This document shows positions 1-11,984 of a stretch of DNA of 64,000 bases, in pieces (position 1 is the first letter of the stretch; each line of letters begins with the position of its first letter). The translations under genes and the position numbers were made by a program. Under the pieces are notes generated by a model. The model had not been told where the DNA came from and searched no databases. It saw only the letters and a list, made by a program, of their open reading frames with translations. Source of the DNA: Mytilus californianus (lineage: Eukaryota); assembly GCF_021869535.1 (NCBI RefSeq), contig NW_026262679.1, forward strand, positions 108,562,001-108,626,000. Direction: 5' to 3'.

Positions 1-885
1 TCATATGTTAAACAGATATCCCAAAACGGTCATCCAATTCATGAAGGCGTCTGTAAAATTTTCGAAGGGATGATTTCGACTTCACCACTAGCAAAAGCTT
101 CCTTGTAAGCAGCAACCCTCTATCAAGGAAATAGTGTTAGGAAATGTAAGGTCTGGAATGTCGTATCAACGGGGAGATATATACACTATATGCAGGCGCT
201 TCTGGAATGTTGCTACATAGAAATGGAAAGTTCACACAACTAATGCTAAAATCATCTCTTTTGTCGTAAAGTTTTGTTCCCAACCGACCGTCATTGTCAA
301 TTTCTAGATGCAAATCAAGATATGAGGCAGACTATTGTATTCTTTATTTCAAATTTCGAAGGGATAGACATGTTCAACATAGTCACCAAACTATGAATTA
401 TTTAGTGAGAGGACTTCATCTATATAGCGGAACGTGACGTTAAAGGGTAATGCTAGATTCTGTTCATTCTTCCTAATAAGATCCTGTACGAAGTCAACCT
501 CGTATAAATAAAGGAAAAAAATCGACAAGAAGAGCACAGTTAATTCTCATTCGAGTGCCGATTGTTTGTAGAAAACATGTCCTCCAAATGTTGTCAATCA
601 AGAAATCAAGCATCTTGATAATGTAAGTTTCAGAGAATTTTTTGTTTGATTCAGAGTGATTTTTTTTTAAAGTACGATTTATCCCTCCCTATGGCTAGAT
701 ACTTGCATCTACGTTGGCCATTCTTTTTTATGAAAGAAATTAAAGCAGGACCAATTCTTTCAATTTGTCTTTTAGTTTGGAATAGGGAATACTTGTGTAA
801 AGGGTAGACAAGTCAAATGTTTTAATACTTTTGCAAGGGATACTTAGATTGTATGTACTCTAACAGATCTTTGGAATTTTTAAGT
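1..885 (-). mobile_element. Degraded Penelope-like retroelement RT fragment, same subfamily as the 32.6-33.8 kb copy; runs off the window start
   Basis: Collinear, highly similar DNA to 32930-33760 (e.g. gaaatcaagcatcttgataatg, gcctcatattatt-like/gcctca.ct, tcagagaattttttgtttga.tcagagtgat). The minus strand gives broken RT segments such as WILKNSKDLLEY and RDFIYIAER-complementary RT core, with stops and frameshifts. Confidence 0.85.
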
Positions 886-2295
886 ATCCACATTTGATTA
901 ACGCCGCCCCTAGAGTAGGTAGTTTCACAATAACATTTAAGCCCGGCTTAAATTGCTGGTAAAATTGATGTTAATAATATAGAAAGAAGTTTCGTGGAGC
1001 ACTTGGAAGACCCCGAAATATAATGTTGTTTGTAATTACACCTATGAAATTTAGTTATCCAATGAAAATGAGGAACCAGGCGTTAGAAAATATGAAATAA
1101 TTATAATTTGTTTTCATTCCCGTTGAACTGTCCTTATGTGTAAGTTTAAATGGACAACAAATTAGAAAATGAATTAATTGATTTACACAAAAACTCTCAA
1201 GGGATGAAGCAAATGGTTTGAATTTCGCTTTATTTTTATCAGTTTATTGCAAAATTGTATGACATTATGCAGTGACAATTTTTGAGAAACAAATAAACAT
1301 GTATATATTCTATTTGTCGTAGCAATGATATAGTCCGCCTTTCCTCGAACCCCTAGTTTTGACTTTGGTATGTAACTATGGTCACTATACTTGACCCAAC
1401 CGCAGGCAGTTAATCCAATATTTGCAAAACCTACCTATTGAAATAGTATTCATTTGTTTTCGTCCTAAATATGAATGAAATATTTGCCATTGGACTTTAA
1501 AAAACAACAATCAATCAATCACTTCCTCGTTATATGATTATAAGACCAAAAAACGCTACACAACGAAAATGTATCTAAAACCTTCACGTTTAGACCAACT
1601 TTTTTATGTTTATCACTGTAAAATGTACAAATGTGAAGATGATTAAACGAAACCAACTCCTGAACCGTAAGGGTTGAATTGGAAGTACAGATATGGTCCT
1701 GACTTCACGCTTCCGTCACTAAACCAATTTGAATGCAGAGGGATTGTCCGTTTTATGTACGGGATGAATAAATACAAGGCTACGTCTGGTGGTATGTGGA
1801 AACTATATCCGATGATTAGACACTGCAATGCTTATTGCACGTTGTAAAACACTGGGAGGGGCCATTACAAGGCAAATTATCTACTCCCATCTTTTAACAT
1901 GGCAGTTTGCTATCCTTCATCCGGACCACCAACTTTGCAAAACCAACCTATTGGACACGTTGTCCATCTAATCTCGTACCGACTATGCATGAAATATTTA
2001 TCACTGGGCATTAACCAAACAACAGTCGACCAACACTATATTAAGGTCTTTCCCCTACGTTGGGAAAGACCTTATTGTTTTGTAATGTTTTTTTCTTTTT
2101 ATTCTTCCACATTTTTGACACGGCCTCCCCTCGATTCCATCCCCCCCTTTTCCCCCCATTTTAAAAAGACTAAGTCCATGTGATGTTACGGGAAAGCCCA
2201 CAAATGGATCCGATGAAGAAGTTAAATAGGAGACGCACAATTCATTTTATCAATACTGTTAAATTATACAAGTTACGTTTCTAGGTACTTTCCGC

Positions 2296-2475
2296 CATTG
2301 TGTTATTGTGCTATGGTCATTTTTTTATTTTTGTCTTTCATTTTTGCTTTTGTGCTTTGCCTACAGAGTGTCTACATGGCATTTTGTTTTTCTTTGTGGA
2401 CATAGTTGTTTGTTTTTATAGTGATTAAGATTATAACACAATGCTGACTGCTTTACCCCAATTTTTTACATTTTT
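2296..2475 (+). repeat. Dispersed repeat, piece of a PLE 3' UTR
   Basis: cattgtgttattgtgctatggtcattt...gtgattaagattataacacaatgctgactgct is nearly identical to 30472-30620, which directly follows a PLE RT stop codon. Confidence 0.75.
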
Positions 2476-2494
2476 ACCTAGTATGTCTAGATAT

Positions 2495-4620
2495 AGGAAG
2501 ATGTGGTATGAGTGCCAATGAGACAACTCTCCATCCAAGTAACAATTTATAAAAGTAAACCATTATAGGTCAAGGTACGGCCTTCAACACGGAGCATTGG
2601 CTCACATCGAACAGCAAGCTATAAAGGGCCCCAAAAATTACTAGTGTAAAACCATTCAAACGGGAAAACCAACGGTCTAATCTATATAAAAACGAGAAAC
2701 GAGAAACACATATGAACTACATAAACAGACGACAACTACTGTACATCAGATTCCTGACTTAGGACAGGTGCAGACATTTGCAGCAGGATTAAACGTTTTA
2801 ATGGTACCAAACCTTCTCCCTTTTTCTGAAACAACAGTATAACATCACAACATAGAAAGACACACTATAAAATATCAATTGGAAGGCTTAACTCAATCAA
2901 AAAACGTAAATTAACACACAATGAACGAATAACTTTGATCTGTGATACCTGACTGCAAATACATAGTTAATCAAAATTATAAGGGATAAATGACATGAAT
3001 AACTAAGGTCAAAAGTAAATAAACAGGTTGAAATAAAGTTAAAGTATAATACCACTGTGAAATGTTAAACAATATTTAGAAAATCATCACTTTTGAAAAA
3101 ACCTGCGTCATATTATACACAGGTAAATGAAAATAATTTTGTTGTTAAGTATACTTCTTCTTCTGTGTGTATAAAATCTTCCGTTTAGGAATACCAAGAA
3201 ATTTCTTTAATATCAATGAAACTAATCTAACACTTGGTACATATGGGGTGAATATCAACAATAAAACTATACAATTAGTGCTAGATAAAATTTCCTAAAC
3301 AGGTGCAAGAACATTATTTAAGGAGAAATGAAATAATTTTGATGTTCATAGTACGAAGTAGTGAAAATTTGTAGTAATTCCAAATAATCAAAGCTGGTAT
3401 ATAGACAAGATCCATGTCAACATTAAATAACAAAAAAGCATTACAACTAGTATCAACAGGTCAAGTTAACAAGAAAGTACGATTTGAGAGTACTCGCAGT
3501 AACTGACAGCTAGTTAAAAGCCAAAACAATTAATAATAAAAAATCATGCATCAGAGACTGAAATCAACTAAAATACATCCCAGGGATTTAGTATTTTAAC
3601 GTCATGAACAGTCAAAGAAGACATGACTTGTGCAATGCCAAAAATAAATGTATCGACAGGTAGTAGGATAGTTAGGAGTGACTTCTTTATAGATAAAAAT
3701 GAACGTGTGTGTGTCTCTATACATCCCGTTTGAAAAGAAAATACAAATTTAGTTATGTTTTAATTTGCTAATGACAAAATCGATATTAGTGCCAATGTAA
3801 ACTATATTTCCAAGCTTTAAGTACAATATTACCGTAAAATTTAGGATTTGAAATACCATTTTAATAAGTTTTCTACAGGTACAGCCAAATTTACGAATTA
3901 AATTTTTGTATCTATGAAAGAATTTAGTAAAAGTTTTAAGTAATTTATGGTAACGATATCCCTGACTTAATAATTTACCAATGATGCATTGATTACGTTC
4001 ATTAAAATCTATGACATCACTACACACACGGGCATACCGAATGAGTTGGGATATATAAACACCGTATGATGGAGCCAAAGGCACATCGCCGTCTAAAAAA
4101 GGAAAATTAACAATAGGGAATGAAAAATCGTCTCTTTTGTCTTAAATTTTAGTATGGAGTTTCCCTTTAGAAATTGAAATGTCTAAATCTAGAAAAGGAC
4201 AACTGCTGCTGTTTATGTTAGATTTAGTTAAAGTAAGTTCTTTTGGGTAAATTTCGGTAGTATATTTAGAGAACTCTGGATTATTTAACGAAAAAATATC
4301 ATCCAGATAACGGTAGGTATTGTTGAATGTATCAACCAAATGTAAAAATGATGTGTCTTTACTGAGTTTGGTCAAAAACTGAGATTCATAGCAACACAGG
4401 AATAAATCTGCTATTAAAGGGGCGCAGTTAGTGCCCATAGGAATACCTACTACCTGACGATACACTTTATCGCCGAAACGTACATATATGTTATCTAGGA
4501 GAAAATTTAAAGCTTCAATCATATCCTCACATTTCCAGTAAGTGTATCTAGCATATTTTCCTTTTTCGTTACAGAAAAAGGCTTTAAACGAGTTACAGCA
4601 AATAAATTTACAATGAGATT
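2495..4620 (-). mobile_element. 5'-truncated Penelope-like element: RT pseudogene (about 3749-4620) plus about 1.2 kb of putative 3' UTR ending at the agatgtggtatgagtgccaatgagacaactctcc motif
   Basis: ORFs 4142-4522 and 3749-4084 carry the PLE RT motifs QVVGIPMGTNCAPLIADLFL, YRYLDD, FLDLDI and APSYGVYISQLIRYAR. An in-frame stop and frameshifts separate them. The 3' UTR boundary is inferred from shared repeat motifs. Confidence 0.85.
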
Positions 4621-4659
4621 TTTCAAAAGACCATTTTATTAAATATGAAAACTTTTTTC

Positions 4660-4980
4660 TTTATTAGATTATCTGTTTGTTTTGCTCACACATTGTTGTC
4701 AATATAATGGAATTTAAAGCGACTGTCATACAAGAGAGGCGAAAGATACCAAAGGGACATTCAAACTCATAAGTCATACAAGTGAGAAGTCTGACTAGCT
4801 ATAAAACCAGTTTTAATCCACAATTTTGTACATAAGGAAATGCATGTACCAAGGCAGGAATATGACAGTTGTTTTCCATTCGTTTGCTGTGTTTGAGCGT
4901 TTGATTTTGACATTTGTTAAGGGACTTTCCGTTTTGAATTTTTCTTGATGTTTGGTATATTTGTTATTTTACTTTTCATT
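4660..4980 (+). repeat. PLE 3'-end-type dispersed repeat carrying a nested 38-bp insertion
   Basis: Matches 30860-31120 (cacacattgttgtcaatataatggaattt...gtcatacaag...ctataaaaccagg...ccaag.caggaatatgacagttg...gggactttccgttttgaatttt). Confidence 0.8.
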
Positions 4981-6218
4981 CAATTGTGAAATTAATGATA
5001 TTTTGTATTGACAAACTTAGGTGTTGACAGGACAAAACATTTTGGATCCGAGTATTGTGCTAGGAGCAGGTTCTTGTTTAAAATCATTCATAGTAGTTGG
5101 GGAAACTCTTAAAAATTATCCCTATGATCCAGAAAATAATATCGTTTCACCTCTTAGCACATCCGAGTACAGATAAAATGTCGGCAGTCACGTACACATC
5201 GAGATAAACATATTCAATGACTTCCCAATGTCACAGCAACTCTTAGTTATTTGGTTTTTTTTTGTTTGTTTATTAAATCGTGAATGGAAAACGTATCCGA
5301 TATTGGTTGTTCATATTGTTCATTGTTGGTGCTTATAAACATGATTAAGTCATATTAAGTTTCGAGTTGTATACTAAGTAGAATTGAATAGAAGTGTGTA
5401 CCATGTGTACGTATTATAAACTTCTACGTAATATCCTTGTTACTTAAATGAATCGATATATATGCATAACGTCGTTGACCTACTTACACGATTTGCTGTT
5501 TTGATATGCTAATAATATCTTGTTATTAACAGTACGTGGATAATACAATATGTAAACAATTTCTTACAAGCAGGTAACAATAACTTTTATTGTTTTGAAA
5601 TCAAATAATTGTAGATTTCTAATATTCTGTTACAGTAAATACCTTATTTTATAAAATGTTGGACTAAAAATAATGTGTTTTACTTTTGGGACAAGTTAAA
5701 TGTGTTGAGACATATCCGTGTGCATATTTTATGTTTAGATAATAAGCCTATTTTTCATTTTTTAAATGTATTTGTTTATATTTCAGTCATATTATTCCTT
5801 TTATTCCTATTCCGTTGCCATTCTGTAAACGCTGGTGAAAACTAACTAGTTCATGAGGGTCTTGATGGGGTTTACAGAATAGAGACTAATGGGCAAAAAG
5901 TGCAGAATAACTAGGCCCAACAAATAAAAAAAAGAGAAAAATAGGCAAAATACAGAATAGAGAATAATGGGGTGCTTAAATATAAAGTATAGAGAACAAT
6001 GGGTAAGAAATATAACTGAAGGATAGAGAAAAATGACATATAAAAAATTGATGAATACAGAAATGAAGGACCCACATCCAACCCCGTACAGGTGTCTGCT
6101 CCGACGTCAGGGTATTCTGATTACCGTCTCTACTTTCTGTTTGTTTTCCCCAAACAATTACAATTGAAGTCTTTTTGAAATTTGGTTGAAGCTTAATTAA
6201 TTCATCTAATTTAGTCAA

Positions 6219-7383
6219 GCATGATCGTGTGATTCCTCTTTGACGATGACATGATCGTGTGATTCCTTCTTAACGATATGGCATGATCGTGTGATTCCTC
6301 TTTGACGATGACATGATCGTGTGATTCCTCTTTGACGATGACATGATCGTGTGATTCCTCTTTGACGATGGCATGATCGTGTGATTCCTCTTTGACGATG
6401 ACATGATCGTGTGATTCCTTCTGAACGATATGGCATGATCGTGTAATTCCTCTTTGACGATGGCATGATCGTGTGATTCCTCTTTGACGATGACATGATC
6501 GTGTGATTCCTTCTTAACGATATGGCATGATCGTGTAATTCCTCTTTTACGATGGCATGATCGTGTAATTCCTCTTTTACGATGGCATGATCGTGTGATT
6601 CCTTCTTAACGATATGGCATGATCGTGTAATTCCTCTTTTACGATGGCATGATCGTGTAATTCCTCTTTTACGATGGCATGATCGTGTGATTCCTTCTTA
6701 ACGATATGGCATGATCGTGTAATTCCTCTTTTACGATGGCATGATCGTGTGATTCCTCTTTTACGATGGCATGATCGTGTGATTCCTTCTGAACGATATG
6801 GCATGATCGTGTGATTCCTCTTTTACGATGGCATGATCGTGTGATTCCTTCTGAACGATATGGCATGATCGTGTGATTCCTCTTTTACGATGGCATGATC
6901 GTGTGATTCCTTCTGAACGATATGGCATGATCGTGTAATTCCTCTTTTACGATGGCATGATCGTGTAATTCCTCTTTTACGATGGCATGATCGTGTGATT
7001 CCTTCTGAACGATATGGCATGATCGTGTGATTCCTCTTTTACGATGGCATGATCGTGTGATTCCTTCTGAACGATATGGCATGATCGTGTAATTCCTCTT
7101 TTACGATGGCATGATCGTGTGATTCCTTCTGAACGATATGGCATGATCGTGTAATTCCTCTTTTACGATGGCATGATCGTGTGATTCCTTCTGAACGATA
7201 TGGCATGATCGTGTAATTCCTCTTTTACGATGGCATGATCGTGTAATTCCTCTTTTACGATGGCATGATCGTGTGATTCCTTCTGAACGATATGGCATGA
7301 TCGTGTGATTCCTCTTTGACGATTGGATGATCGTGTGATTCCTCTTTGACGATGGCATGATCGTGTGATTCCTCTTTGACGAC
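6219..7383. repeat. Minisatellite of about 38 interleaved 30-bp and 32-bp units
   Basis: Units catgatcgtgtgattcctcttttacgatgg (30 bp) and catgatcgtgtgattccttctgaacgatatgg (32 bp), read directly. They explain all the overlapping short ORFs at 6215-7452. Confidence 0.97.
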
Positions 7384-8069
7384 TAATGTATTTTTACTGC
7401 ATGTTACATGTATAAATGAACAGGTACACATTAATCTACGAGTGAGAGTCACTGCTTCTTGTTATTTAGTACCAACCTATTTTGTCTACAAATTAGTATG
7501 CATTTTCGGATCAGTCTGAAGACATTATTGCTAATTTTTAAACAACATAATTATTGTGCGCAGTACTTCGCATCACTCGGAAACGAAATGTATTAGTTTG
7601 TATCTGAAAGGTATAAGTACATAACTTAACTTTCTATGTGTGTTTTGCTTGCTACATCATTCTTGTTCACTTTTATATAAATATTCAAACATTGTATAAT
7701 TCTATATAACAATTGCAATGTTGAATCATCTTTTAGCAGTTGGTTTTATGTTCAGCAATGCGACATCATGTTGTTTGAATCTGAAAGTAACCTCTCACAC
7801 TCAAACTATGGATTTAGTTTAAGATTGAAAATACTTTGTTTTCCTCGGTCAAAGTTGGTCCCTTTTGCCTATACAGGTCGCAATTTATTTATCCACCTTT
7901 GAGCGTTGCAATTTTTTTACACAAACATGATTGATTGTTCGTTTGGATATTTGTGTGGCATATAATACGCAAATATTCCTTGACGCCTTTCCTTGTTCAG
8001 GACATGTGACCGTATACAACATTTCTCCGGATTTCTATATTTTACCCATGTACTTTTATATAAAAAAAT

Positions 8070-8700
8070 AAGATGTTATGATTACAAATTAGAACACTAT
8101 CTAGCATATAATAAAGAATAACGATGTGAATAACTACGGGCCTTCAGTATTGAGCAACCCCATACCGTACGATCAGCTGCAAAAGGCCCCTGAATATCAA
8201 GACATTACTTTAAGCGAAAGTCAACTATGGCAGACGAAAACCCACTGAACTACAGGTTCTTGACTTGAGACAGACACATAAAGAATGTGGAAGGTAAAAC
8301 ATGTTTGCGAATCACGAAAGGTATTGGACAAATCTTCACTTCGACCAGATATTTGAATTGTGCAGCATTTTTAAAGGTTTGGTATATCTATTTGGAAAGT
8401 CTTTCGATGGAATCATTCAGATTTAGGAGCTATTTTCATAACCTACGTTACAACTTTTTCAATGTTCAACCCACCATTTTTTCTTTAAAATGTCCTGTAC
8501 CAAATCAGGAATATGGCAGTTCGTTTCTATGTGTGTTGGCGTTTGTTTTTGTTGCACTTCGGTGTTCCTGTTGTTCCTTTGTTTTCCTCTTATAGTTGAT
8601 GTGTTTCCCTCGGTTTTGGTTTGTAACCCGGATTTGTTTTCTCTCAATCGACTTATGACTTTTGAACACCGGTATACTAGTACTACTGATGCCTTTATTT
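8070..8700. repeat. Two oppositely oriented PLE 3'-end-type repeat fragments
   Basis: 8070-8310 resembles 2495-2830. 8465-8700 matches 30620-30845 (ccaccattttttctttaaaa.gtcctgtaccaa.tcaggaatatggcagtt...cggatttgttttctctcaatcga). Confidence 0.75.
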
Positions 8701-9262
8701 ATAATACATGCTCGTTCTGATCATATACCATGAATATCCTGTGTATGCATCTTGTCTCGCTCAATGGTTCGATTCCCACCATTTTCAACTCCGAGTTAGT
8801 GTATCGACACCTTTATTTTTAAAAGAGATGGAAGGGATTTCCATGTTCAATTACTACACTTGAAGGTTCAAAATGCATATTTCACTTTTATATCCGTTAA
8901 ATAGTATTTTACACTAATGTGTCTAACTTTCCAAACAATAAATTATTGATAACCTCGAAATAGAGAAAGGTTTCAAACTAATATAAATGAAAATGAAATA
9001 TCGTATGATAAGAATACATTAATTATAAGATATGAGAGTTAATAAACTATATATTATCATTTAGACAATCTGACTGATTTATTCAAAGGGGGACGCACTG
9101 AATTATTAACTAGAATGGTTCAAGGTCTTTAAAATAAATAAAGCACCAAGGGAGGCCATTGCTTGAATTTTAAAATGTTTCAGAAGAAGAGACACGGAGA
9201 AACGCTTTTGCTGTACATGCGTTTCGACAACCATTCTGCTAAATGCTAATCGCTTCTTCTCA

Positions 9263-10405
9263 TTTTTATACGACCGCAAAAAATTTTGCGATCGTATATT
9301 GGGATCACGTCGTCGTCGTGGTCGTCGTCGTCAGCGTCGTCCGAAGATATTTGGTTTCCGGACAATAACTTTAGTAAATCTGTAAATGTAAATAGAAATC
9401 TATGAAATTTAAACACAAGGTTTATAACCACAAAATGAAGGTTGGGATTGATTTTGTGTGTTATAGTCCTAACAGTTTAAGAATTAGGGGCCAAAAAGGG
9501 GCCCAAATAAGCATTTTTCTAGTTTCCAGACAATAACTTGTGGAACGGTGTATGGATCTCTCTGAAATTATACCACAAGTTTCCATACCACAAAAGGATG
9601 GTTAGGATTGGCTTTGGGGGGTTATGGCTCAAACCGTTTAGGAATTAGGGGCAAAAAAGGGGGAAAACAAGGGTTTCCTGGTTAATGGACAATTAAAAAA
9701 GTACAATGTTATGTTTGGATTACCTCCCTTACACTGCTTTTAAATTATGTATAAAGAAATGTTGGATTGTTTGAGGTGATTAGCTGTCAATTTATTTTTA
9801 GAAGTTACTATTTAAAAATGCTGATTAAGGAATATTAATTTTAGCCATGATTATGTATGTCATTTCTATTTTAAGACTTTTATAATGTATTTAAATGGGT
9901 AATTATGGTTGCAAACTCCATTAGAAATTTGAATTGAGATTATGACCCATATCTTGAGGGAAAGAATTTTTTTGGGGGAAAAAGGGAGGGGGAGAAGTGA
10001 AAAAAAAGGGGGGGTAAAAAAAGAAATTGTGAGGGGGGACCATTTTTTTTCTCATTTCAGATTTCAGAAAATAAAAAGAAAATTTCTTCAAATATTTTTT
10101 TTTTGCCAAAAAATGGGGGGGGGGGGGGGGGGGGTAATTTTTTTTTGTAGGGGGGGGGGGGTAAATTCGCAACAGAATAGTGTATTGCACAAAAGCAAAA
10201 AATTCATAATTAAATTCAAATCAAATAACCAATTCTAAGTTCTTTGACTACAGTTATTCTGTGTCAGAAACCTATTATGGGTCAAATATTTAATTACAAT
10301 CCAAATTCACACCTGTATCAAGAGCGAATATTGTGTCCATTTTTGACCCAACTGTTCAAGGTTGGACCTCTGCGGTCGTATCCAGCTGCGCTCGCGAAGC
10401 AATTT
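9263..10405 (+). mobile_element. Helentron-type non-autonomous element (HINE/DINE-like) with internal tandem subrepeats
   Basis: T-rich 5' end; subterminal inverted repeat atacgaccgca (9268-9278) / tgcggtcgtat (10371-10381); (gtc)n microsatellite at about 9309-9341; central repeats of about 160 bp; short 3' palindrome. A homologue lies at 59303-60255. Confidence 0.8.
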
Positions 10406-10512
10406 ATTAACTATAACTTTAACTGCATGGTTCATGAAGCAAACTGACCAAATTTATATCAAAACACGCTGTTGTTATTTTTAACGAATGTTCTTCTTTT
10501 TTCAGCCTTAAG

Positions 10513-11984
10513 ATGGAAAGAAAGTCGGATGAAGCTTTGAATTGCTGTAAAATTCCTATATTCAATGGACAATGTACATCTTGGGAAGACGGACCAAATT
10601 ATCTGCCATTTTCAAAAAAATATCTTAGATCTTTGGATCTGTTTTCCTCAAATGGAAAGACAGCAGATATAACTCCCAAAGAAAACGAAGGTAGGCACAT
10701 TATATATATATATATATACTACTTATCTGATATAAAACTAAAGATATGTTGTCTGGTTGCTTATGAAGCATTTTTTCCGACAAAAACCAAATGAAATAAA
10801 GTGAATCAATTTAAATGTTTGGTTGACCGCGCGGCCTTCAACAATAGACACAGGCATCTGTTATTTTCGGCATAAACCCTTCTGATACTCTGCTATCATA
10901 TTTTGTTTTGAAAAAAGTCTTTGCTATAACAAGGAAATTTTCATGGAAAATACAATTTGTTGAAAGTAAGGTCGTGTGCACACGTATAGTAATTTCGTCT
11001 TCAAAGTTCTCCTCTATTGTAGATACTACCAATTTAACCTTCAGGTCAAGGACAAATTCGTTTCCGCAGACTGCCAAAACAAGAAATAATAAACAACATG
11101 CAATTTCTGAAGAAATTGATAGGCTAGGATTAACTGCTGAATCGGTATATGGTGATAAAAAATCTGAAATTGACGAAAATGAAAGTAATTTGAACGAAAA
11201 TAACGACAGTCGTTTTTCGACAGGATATACAGGAAGTAAATTGTTAAAAGATGTCCAAAATGTAACAAAGTATTCAAGTTCGAGGGAAGACAATTCTTCC
11301 AAAGAGAAAAATGCAGGGGAAATTAGAAGCGTCAATATAGAAAAAAAGCTTAGCGAATATGGACATTTCGATATATTAGATATTAATAACATTGCCGCTA
11401 TTCCACGCAAATCATCTACTAGCACAGCTTTGCAGAAAGCGAAAGGTTGTAATAGATATCAAGATACCTTGGGATTATTCTGGATGAATGAAGATACTTT
11501 ACCATTAAGCTCACCAATGATGGATAGAAAGGTTAATGCATGTAGTGCAGACTCAGGATGGTCAAGTGACCCAGGTGATCCACAGAAAATAAGACATAAC
11601 AAAAGGCTATCAAAGAAAAGTGCGCAAAATCAGATCGCAGGTGAACGTTCAAACGTTGAAGATACCAAATCTATTCAAGTTCAACCTGAAAATGAACAGA
11701 GTACAATTGACATTAAAAAAGGACACATAACGAAAATAAAACATTCTTCAAACACAATTGAGACTAACAATTCCTCTAAAGACCAGAACTTATCAAATAT
11801 TAAAACTTTTAAAAATAAAACAAATATAGGATCGAAACACGTGACAGCCGAACATCACGATAGTGGGGAGGAGGATATTCATGAACACACTTCTTTCCAG
11901 AAACAAACTTTACAATGGGTCTCGACTAGCAAGGTTCGACAAAGTAGACGTGAACACAACATGCTTTCTCCTCCAACCTTTTGA
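10513..11984 (+). CDS. Uncharacterised protein, paralogue A (predicted 379 aa), low-complexity and probably disordered
   Basis: Coding exons 10513-10690 and 11023-11984. Acceptor ttttttcag ends at 10505; donor GAAG|gtagg at 10691; acceptor ctctattgtag at 11022. The phase-1 intron keeps the frame (...ITPKENE-D-TTNLTF...). Motifs and the splice junction are shared with the gene at 21224-23010. Confidence 0.8.

Noticed and set aside
6219-7383. Possible CRISPR-like array
   Set aside because: Units are directly adjacent with no unique spacers, and the context is eukaryotic with no cas genes.
6215-7452. Nine overlapping ORFs with repetitive EESHDHAIVK / GITRSCHR peptides
   Set aside because: They are by-products of the 30/32-bp minisatellite. 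The frame is broken by every 32-bp unit and no splice context was found.
9921-10238. Pro-rich and Gly-rich ORFs on both strands
   Set aside because: They are translations of homopolymer G/A/T tracts inside a HINE.
10908-11022. N-terminal 38 aa of the 358-aa ORF
   Set aside because: Intronic: a strong acceptor at 11022 joins in frame to the upstream exon, mirroring paralogue B.
10838-11425. 195-aa minus-strand ORF (and similar ones at 11041, 22068, 22329 and 22530)
   Set aside because: Antisense shadows of the real plus-strand exons.
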